A stretch of DNA of 64,000 nucleotides from positions 324,403 through 388,402 of the forward strand of contig JAWQFM010000002.1 in the NCBI GenBank assembly GCA_033442325.1, given 5' to 3'. Origin of the DNA: Salpingoeca rosetta (lineage: Eukaryota > Protista > Choanoflagellata). Below are positions 56,537-64,000 of the stretch, piece by piece (the stretch's first letter is position 1; each line of letters starts with the position of its first letter). The position numbers and the translations under genes are program-made. Below the pieces are notes generated by a model. That model did not search any database. It was not told the origin of the DNA and saw only the letters and a program-made list of their open reading frames with translations.

Positions 56537-59500
56537 GCTGCGCCTTGCAACGCCTGCCTCACTCATCGCTCATCTCAACCGTCGATGTGCTTGCTCCTGG
56601 TGTGCGTGTGTCATAGGATGCGGACTCGGAGAACCTGTTGCATTATGAGTTTTTCTCACTCAAGAAGCGCTTTGCAGAACTGGACCACGTGCTTGAGTTT
56701 TTCGTGCCCATCACAGATCCCATGCCTCCCCAATACTTTGTCCGCGTCGTCTCTGACAGGTATGCGTATGTTGTGCAACACGACACTCATCGCACCGCAT
56801 GCACATGAATCCTCCGTTGTGTCGGTTTGGCTTGTGTCCCCCTCCCCAGCCCTCTCCCCTGTTGTCTTGTCTTCCGTCCGTTTCCTATCCTGCCCCTTTG
56901 TGCGCGGCTGGTATTAGCTTTAGTCCGCCTGTGTTCCTGTGCCAATGGGAAGATGATGAACCTTGACGAAGCGCGAGTTGCGCGCTGAGGCTTGGGAAGC
57001 GGCCCAACCAGTGTCGGATCACCGGGGGATCCCTGCCGCGTTGCCATGGTTCTCTCTTGAGCCTGGTTGCTTTTGTTGAGGCCATGCCACTCGTGCGCAG
57101 CCCCTGTTGTTGGACCGGCAGTCTGCTGGGACGAACCACCGTGACCCTTGCCGTTATTTTCAGTGATTACGTTTATCGTCACCGTCTGATTCCCATGTTG
57201 CTTGTGCTGCGTCTGTTACTCTGTTACCGCTTGTTCTTCCTGCGCCGCCTCAACGATGCTCGCAACGGCGACCCTTTGATTCGATTCTCTTCCCATCCTC
57301 TTCCTCTTCATTTTGTTGTGTTTGCGCGCTGTTGTGTTTGCGTTTTTGGCGCTTGCTCCCTTTGTATCACCACTGCAGTTTTGTGGTGCGTGTTTGCTGT
57401 CGCATCGTCGTGGCTTTCGAGATGCGTGGGCGTGATGAACCTTGACGAAGCGCGAGTTGCGCGCTGAGGCTTGGGAAGCGGCCCAACCAGTGTCGGATCA
57501 CCGGGGGATCCCTGCCGCGTTGCCATGGTTCTCTCTTAAGCCTAGTTGCTTTTGTTGAGGCCATGCCACTCGTGCGCAGCCCCTGTTGTTGGACCGGCAG
57601 TCTGCTGGGACGAACCACCGTGACCCTTGCCGTTATTTTCAGTGATTACGTTTATCGTCACCGTCTGATTCCCATGTTGCTTGTGCTGCGTCTGTTACTC
57701 TGTTACCGCTTGTTCTTCCTGCGCCGCCTCAACGATGCTCGCAAGGGCGACCCTTTGGTTCGATTCTCTTCCCATCCTCTTCCTCTTCTTCATTTTGTTG
57801 TGTTTGCGCGCTGGTGTGTTTGCGTTTTTGGCGCTTGCTCCCTTTGTATCACCACTGCAGTTTTGTGGTGCGTGTTTGCTGTCGCATCGTCGTGGCTTTC
57901 GAGATGCGTGGGCGTGATGAACCTTGACGAAGCGCGAGTTGCGCGCTGAGGCTTGGGAAGCGGCCCAACCAGTGTCGGATCACCGGGGGATCCCTGCCGC
58001 GTTGCCATGGTTCTCTCTTAAGCCTAGTTGCTTTTGTTGAGGCCATGCCACTCGTGCGCAGCCCCTGTTGTTGGACCGGCAGTCTGCTGGGACGAACCAC
58101 CGTGACCCTTGCCGTTATTTTCAGTGATTACGTTTATCGTCACCGTCTGACCCTCGCATTCAACCCAGCCAGCAGAGATGGTTGTTTTCCTTTTCATCGG
58201 GGCTTCTGTTTTTCCCTACCCAATGTCTCTCCCTTTGCCGCATACGCGATTGTTTTTGTCTGCTGCCCCCTGTTCCTCTCCCACACACACACACACACAC
58301 ACATGTTCTCTCGTTCCTTGGCTACTTGCGCTTGATGCCAACCTTTGCATCCTCGCAACACATCACTCACGTGCACACGCGCAACCTCCTGCCTTTGTCC
58401 AGGTGGATCGGCTCGGAGACTGTGCTGCCAATTTCCTTCCGCCATCTGATTCTTCCCGAGCGCTTCCCGCCAACGACCGAGCTGCTTGACCTGCAGCCGC
58501 TGCCGGTGACGGCACTGAAGAAGCCCGCGTACCAGCGCTTCTACGTGAACCGCTTCAAGTACTTCAACGCCATTCAGACGCAGGTGTTCAACGCGCTGTA
58601 CGACTCGGACGACAACGTCTTCGTCGGTGCGCCCACGGGCTCTGGCAAGACAGTGTGTGCCGAGCTGGCGATGCTGCGGTCCTTCTCGCAGAACCCCAAC
58701 GCCAAGTGCATCTACGTGGCGCCGCTGCAGGAGGTGTGCAACCGCATGCTGCCCGCGTGGAAGGAGATGTTTGGCAAGGGGCTTGGCAAGACGGTGGTTG
58801 GCCTGACCGGCGACATGAGCGCCGACCTGAAGCTGCTGGCGAGCGCCAACGTTGTGGTGGCCACGCCCGAGCAGTGGGACGTGCTGTCGCGTCGCTGGAA
58901 GCAGCGCCGCCACGTGCAGAACATTGCGCTCTTCATCGTTGACGACGCGCACATGATTGGCGCGGAGAACGGGCCCGTGCTGGAGATTGTGTGCGCGCGC
59001 ATGCGCTACATGGCCAGCCAGCTGGAGCGCAGGCTGCGCACCATCATGCTTGCCGTGCCCGTCGCCAACGCGCGCGAGATGGGCAGCTGGTGCGGCGTGT
59101 CCGGCTCCAACGTGTTCAACTTCCACCCCACCGTGAGGCCCGTGCCGCTGGAGCTGCACGTGCAAGGCTTCAATGCGGCGCACGCCACGGCCCGCCTCAT
59201 GCACATGGCTCGCCCCGTGTTCAACGCCATCAAGCGCCACTCCCCCAACAAGCCCGTGCTCGTGTTTGTGCCCTCGCGCAAGCAGGCGCAGGTGACGGCT
59301 GTGGACCTGTATGCGTTCGCTGCGGCGGAGGGCGCGGACAAGCGCTTCATCGGCTGCGACGAGGAGGACCTCAAGCGCTTCACGGACCGGCTCAAGGACG
59401 AGCACCTGCGGGAGACGGCGCTGAGCGGCATTGCGTACCTGCACGAGGCGCTCGATGACGAGGACCGCCGCATTGTGACGCACCTCTTCACGTCCGGCGC

Positions 59501-61240
59501 CATCCAGGTGCTGGTGGCGTCGCGCGACCTTGCCTGGGGCCTGTCCACGCCGGCACACTTGGTTGTGCTGCAGGACACGCAGTACTACGACGGCAAGGAC
59601 CACCGCTACGTCGACTACCCGCTGACGGACGTGCTGCAGATGATGGGGTACGCCGGGCGCCCTCTGCAAGATGACTGCGGCAAGTGCGTGCTGCTGTGCC
59701 AGTCCACCAAGAAGCAGGTCTTCAGCAAGTTCCTGAACGAGCCCATGCCTGTGGAGTCGCACCTCGACTATGTGCTGCACGACCACTTCAACGCCGAGGT
59801 TGTCACCAAGATTATCGAGCACAAGCAGGATGCGGTCGACTACCTGACCTGGACGCTCATGTACCGCCGCATGACGCAGAACCCCAACTACTACAACCTG
59901 CACGGCGTGACGCACCGCCACCTGTCGGACCACCTGTCCGAGCTGGTGGAGACGACGCTCAGCGACCTGGCGGAGAGCAAGTGCATTTCCGTTGACGAGG
60001 ACAACGATGAGATTTCCGCGCTCAACCTGGGCATGATTGCCGCGTACTACTACATTGACTACACCACCATTGAGCTCTTCAGCCGCTCGCTCACGGACAA
60101 GACCAAGCTTAAGGGTCTGCTGGACATCATCTGCGCCGCCACGGAGTTCAAGAAGATCCCAGTGCGCTACCGCGAGGACCGCGTGCTGCGCGTGCTGGCC
60201 AAGAAGGTGCCGCTGAAGCCGCGCACCAAGGTGCTGTACAACGACCCGCACGTCAAGGCCAACCTGCTGATCCAGGCACACCTGTCGCGCTTGGAGCTGT
60301 CGCCGGAGCTGCAGCACGACCAGGAGCGGGTGCTGGCGATTGTGCCGCGCCTGATCCAGGCGTGTGTGGACGTGCTGTCGTCGAGCGCGTGGCTGGCGCC
60401 CGCGCTGGCTGCCATGGAGCTGTCCCAGATGATCACCCAGGCGGTGTGGGTCACGGATCCGCTGCTGCGGCAGCTGCCGCACATCACTCAGGATGCGCTG
60501 AAGCGGGCCAGCGAGAACGAGCTGGAGAGCATCTTCGACATCACCGAGTGCGAGGACGACGTGCGCGACAAGGTGCTGCAACTGTCGCCGGCGCAGATGG
60601 CGGATGTTGCGCGCTACTGCAACCGCTACCCAAGCATTGAGCTCGAGTACGAGGTTGAGGATGAGGAGGACGTGCATGCTGGCGCGCCCGTGCTTGTTTC
60701 TGTTGCGCTGGAGCGCGATGAGGATGAGGACGACGACACTCCCGTTGGACCCGTCATTGCGCCCTTCTACCCTCAGCGCAAGGAGGAGGCCTGGTGGTGT
60801 GTGATTGGCGACACGGCATCCAACAGGTGTGTTTCTGTTGCAGTGTACGCGTGTTTGAGGGGGGGAGGCTTGTGGGTGCTGTTTTGTGTGTGTGTGTGTG
60901 TGTGTGCGTATCCTTGGAGGTTGGCGTTCCCTTGTGGTTGGATTGTGTGTTGCCTTGCTCTGTCGCGTGCGTGCAAACATAATAAGAGCATTGCTCCCTT
61001 TGACTCACCCGTGCCTTGTTCTTGTTCAGGTTATTGGGCATCAAGCGCGTTGCGCTGCAGCAGCGCTCTCGCATCAAGCTGGACTTTGTTCCACCCGAGG
61101 AAGGCAAGCACACGTTCAAGCTGTACTTCATGTGCGACTCGTATCTCGGCTGCGACCAGGAGTACGACCTGGAGCTGGATGTCAAGGAGCCACTGGAGAT
61201 GGACAGCAGCGAGGAGGAGTCGGAATCAGACGAGGAGTAA
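49634..61240 (+). CDS. SNRNP200: U5 snRNP 200 kDa helicase Brr2, about 14 exons
   Basis: [16 protein letters not shown]; first cassette [20 protein letters not shown] and [12 protein letters not shown]; Sec63 unit; second cassette APTGSGKT and DDAH; C-terminal [15 protein letters not shown]. Confidence 0.97.
53200..53284 (+). ncRNA. Intronic box C/D snoRNA, copy A (18S antisense element AATCTGTCAATCC)
   Basis: Terminal stem CGAGCC/GGCTCG, degenerate box C ACGATGC, D' ATGA, C' ATGATTA and D CTGA (53275-53278). Confidence 0.8.
53402..53485 (+). ncRNA. Intronic box C/D snoRNA, copy B
   Basis: GAGCC/GGCTC stem with the same boxes and guides as copy A. D box at 53477-53480. Confidence 0.8.
53579..53660 (+). 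ncRNA. Intronic box C/D snoRNA, copy C
   Basis: A different terminal stem (CACC/GGTG), box C GTGATGC and the same guides. D box at 53653-53656. Confidence 0.8.
56182..56386 (+). ncRNA. Long (~200 nt) intronic box C/D RNA candidate
   Basis: 12-bp terminal stem GCTGTGCA-CTCC / GGAG-T-TGCACAGC, box C ATGATGA (56195-56201), D' CTGA (56234-56237), internal stems and D CTGA (56370-56373). Confidence 0.7.
56945..57196 (+). ncRNA. Long (~240 nt) intronic box C/D RNA, tandem copy 1
   Basis: Stem ATGGGAA/TTCCCAT, box C ATGATGA at 56953, D' CTGA, a ~170-nt rod hairpin, C' GTGATTA and D CTGA (57186-57189). Confidence 0.72.
56953..58150 (+). repeat. Tandem repeat with 479/482-bp period, about 2.5 units, inside Brr2 intron 56760-58402
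   Basis: Three near-identical ~237-nt cores and two near-identical ~243-nt spacers that differ by a few substitutions and a 3-nt indel. Confidence 0.97.
57426..57675 (+). ncRNA. Long intronic box C/D RNA, tandem copy 2 (chimeric flanks)
   Basis: Box C GTGATGA at 57432 and D CTGA (57665-57668). The body is nearly identical to copies 1 and 3. Confidence 0.68.
57904..58159 (+). ncRNA. Long intronic box C/D RNA, tandem copy 3
   Basis: Stem ATGCG-T-GGG/CCC-T-CGCAT, box C GTGATGA at 57914 and D CTGA (58147-58150). Confidence 0.72.
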
Positions 61241-61655
61241 CAGGGAGATGGTCGCGCCCACACTTTCCAACACAAGCGAGCGGGCGAGAGTGCTTCATAT
61301 ATGATTTGTCGTTGTTGTCGTCGTAACGTGTGTTTCGTGACTATGCGTTGACGCTGATGCTGTTACATTTTTTTCCTCAAGAAGGGTGTTACCGCCGCTT
61401 GTCATTGGCGGATGTCCCTATTCCTCCAGCGCTTGGTGTTTGTTTTGTCACTTGTGTCAACCCTTGTTCTGCCTCTCCCTCTTCCCTTTCCTATTTCCTT
61501 TGACATCTTCTTCTTCTTTCTTCACCGTGCGTACCTTGACGTGCTCTTTGAAGCACCGTGCATTGTGCCCTGTACACCATACCAAACTAAACTAGACGGC
61601 CAACACAAAAGAGGGGGGTTGAGGTTGGAATACCATACATAATACACGCAAACGA

Positions 61656-61774
61656 TCAGGAGCTGGCTGTTGTCGTGTCCTGCTGTGGGCTGCTGGCGAG
61701 TTGCGCATACAGTCGCTTCACAGGAATGTCTGCCGCTTGTACACTTGCGCCTGCACCAATTCGTTGTGAGCAAA

Positions 61775-61839
<65 letters not shown>

Positions 61840-62378
61840 AAACAGGATGAGGTTGGGCCTGCACAATGCAAGGACATACTTTCGTCAACTCCAAGTGGCC
61901 ACCGCGTCTTGAACCGCCACTGACTAATGTCCTGCTCAGGCTCTACTCCTGAGTTGTGGTGTGGTGTGGTGTGGTGAGCGTGGAGGAGACCAGCATTTGG
62001 CAAAAACCGCCATAAACACAGAGGATGCGCCACACCACTTCCAACACGACCACGTGCTGCACGCTGCAAGCAGGGAAATGCTTCCTTCCCACCTGCTCGC
62101 AGGTATTCAAGGCCCGTCCACGCAATCATGCGGCCGTTGTCGGTGCAGAGCGCAGGCGATGGGAATGCAGGCTGCACACCATGCCACTCGCACAGCCACG
62201 CCACCTGTGTGCATGTGTGTGCATGTGTGTGTGTGCGCGCGCAAGAGAGAGAGAGAGAGAGAGAGTGTGTGTGTGTGTGTGTGAGTGTGTGTGCGTGTGT
62301 GTGTGCGCGCAAGAGAGAGAGAGTGTGTGTGTGTGTGTGTGTGAGTGTGTGTGCGTGTGTGTGTGCGCGCAAGAGAGA

Positions 62379-62409
<31 letters not shown>

Positions 62410-63038
62410 TGTGTGTGTGTGTGTGTGTGTGTGTTGCAACAGATCGTGTTCCGATGCTGCAGCAATGCTGTGCGCTTCAGCAAAAACGCCAAGAACCACC
62501 ATAGACGCACTCACCACCATCACCACACGCACCTTATCTCGGAGGTAGGCGTTACACGCCACACCGCCAGACACGACCATGGACGTGGGCATCTTGTCGA
62601 TGGAACGACAGTATAAGAGAGCCCTACATGCACATGCACAGCGACAGCGATAACCAACACGGAATGGTCAGAATATGCGCGTACTTCACGTAACCCTTGA
62701 GCAACGAACTGTCACACGCATGAGCGCTCGCACAAGTACAGACGCAATACACACACACACACACAACGCAATACACGCACACACACACACGCGCACACAA
62801 TACATGCACACCACACAACACAATACAAAACACAATGCACACACCTGTGTGACTGGACCATGATGTGGTGCAAAGCGGCGCGCTGGAAGGAGGCGGCAAT
62901 GTCACGTGCGTCCTGCAGAGGGAGAGAGTTGTCATCACGGCGATGCTGTGCAACGGCGCGCTCAGCCATCGTGCGCAGGCCAGAGAAGGAAAAGTCGCAG
63001 CTGCAGCACCCATTGTGTGTGTGTGTATGTGTGTGTGT

Positions 63039-63077
<39 letters not shown>

Positions 63078-63790
63078 GGCGGTGTAGGAATGGTGTGTGT
63101 TGGAATGTAAGTGTGGGATGTGGAAGTAACTATTATGTGGGATATGTGTGTGCGAGATGTGTGATGTGTGTGAAGGCCCGACGTGGCTGACGTCGCCACA
63201 GTGCTTGTTTACCTGCGCGCATGTCTAAGTGGATGGCATAGCTCGAAACGGTGCTCATCACCCTGGTGGAGTTGGTTTTGGTGCGGGTGAACGTGTTGGC
63301 AACTGTGGCAATAGGGGGCGGGGCCCATACACATACATGCACACACCCATGCACACACACACGCGCGCGCACACACACACACGCGCGCGCACGCAAACAC
63401 ACGCACACGCACACACGCGCGCACACACACACACACCTGTGCTGCAAGCTGTTCGACTTGTGGTCCGCCGCCTGTGAGATCCATGGCACGAGCCACCTGC
63501 AGCACGTGAACTAAGAGGAGAGATGGTCAAGATGCGAGGCAAGTCAGCAATACGGCACAAGCACCACCAGAATGCCCTTGCCTCCTCCCTTGCTTGCTGG
63601 CTCGCTCGCTGGTTTGGACACTCTCTTGCTTGCTTGCTTGCTTGCTGTCACCTTCTCAAAGGCATCGCCTGGGGAGTCGTCGAGGAGATTGCCCAGCCGC
63701 CGGAATCGCTGCACCCCCTCAGCCAGCAGCAGCATGCAGTGCCCACCCGAGGCCAGCAGCACCAGATATGGAAACTCAATCTGTGTTGCA
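61656..63790 (-). CDS. OSGEPL1: tRNA t6A threonylcarbamoyltransferase, TsaD/Qri7 (mitochondrial) type; 5' part lies outside the window
   Basis: [87 protein letters not shown] and RWPLG. Confidence 0.9.
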
Positions 63791-63823
63791 TGGTTGAGTA
63801 TATAAGTGGACATGAGTGTGGAC

Positions 63824-63920
<97 letters not shown>

Positions 63921-64000
63921 TGTCTGTGTCTGAGTCTGTATCTGTGTGTGTCTAACGTTTTACGTTGTTCATGGCTTATTCTAATGATTTTTTCATTTAT

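Noticed and set aside
56953-58150. Tandem repeat read as a CRISPR array, transposon, hammerhead ribozyme or repeated 130-aa ORF
   Set aside because: The spacers are near-identical rather than unique. There are no cas genes, TIRs or TSDs, and no CUGANGA..GAAA core. The unit boundaries coincide with C/D boxes instead.
58930-59070. Degenerate DDAH and motif III in the second Brr2 helicase cassette
   Set aside because: The C-terminal cassette of Brr2 is known to be catalytically inactive.
58194-60980. 928-aa ORF on the minus strand
   Set aside because: Antisense shadow of the codon-biased Brr2 exon, with no recognisable protein features.

Overview
Eukaryotic, intron-dense, GC-rich genomic DNA. 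Almost every intron carries (GT)n/(CA)n microsatellites, a style that resembles a choanoflagellate such as Salpingoeca; the organism is inferred, not shown. Most ORFs in the supplied track are microsatellite or antisense artefacts. Stitching exons at GT-AG junctions gives about 11 protein genes and one tRNA, in order: SLC25 mitochondrial carrier (3' part), CCA-adding enzyme (-), GRIP-domain golgin, NTPCR/THEP1 NTPase, PWWP + TFIIS-N/IBD-like protein, small secreted 10-Cys protein (-), Sin3, DEP + villin-headpiece protein (-), condensin CAP-G with an in-frame C-terminal chromodomain, tRNA-Leu(UAG) (-), Brr2/SNRNP200 and Qri7/OSGEPL1 (-, partial). The strongest unexplained structure lies in three Brr2 introns, which hold at least seven box C/D RNA-like units. 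Three are ~80-nt copies with an 18S antisense element. One is a ~200-nt unit. Three are ~240-nt tandem units with a long rod-like hairpin between boxes D' and C' and no assigned target. The CAP-G-chromodomain fusion is the most striking protein-level oddity. Exon boundaries were read by eye and some are approximate.
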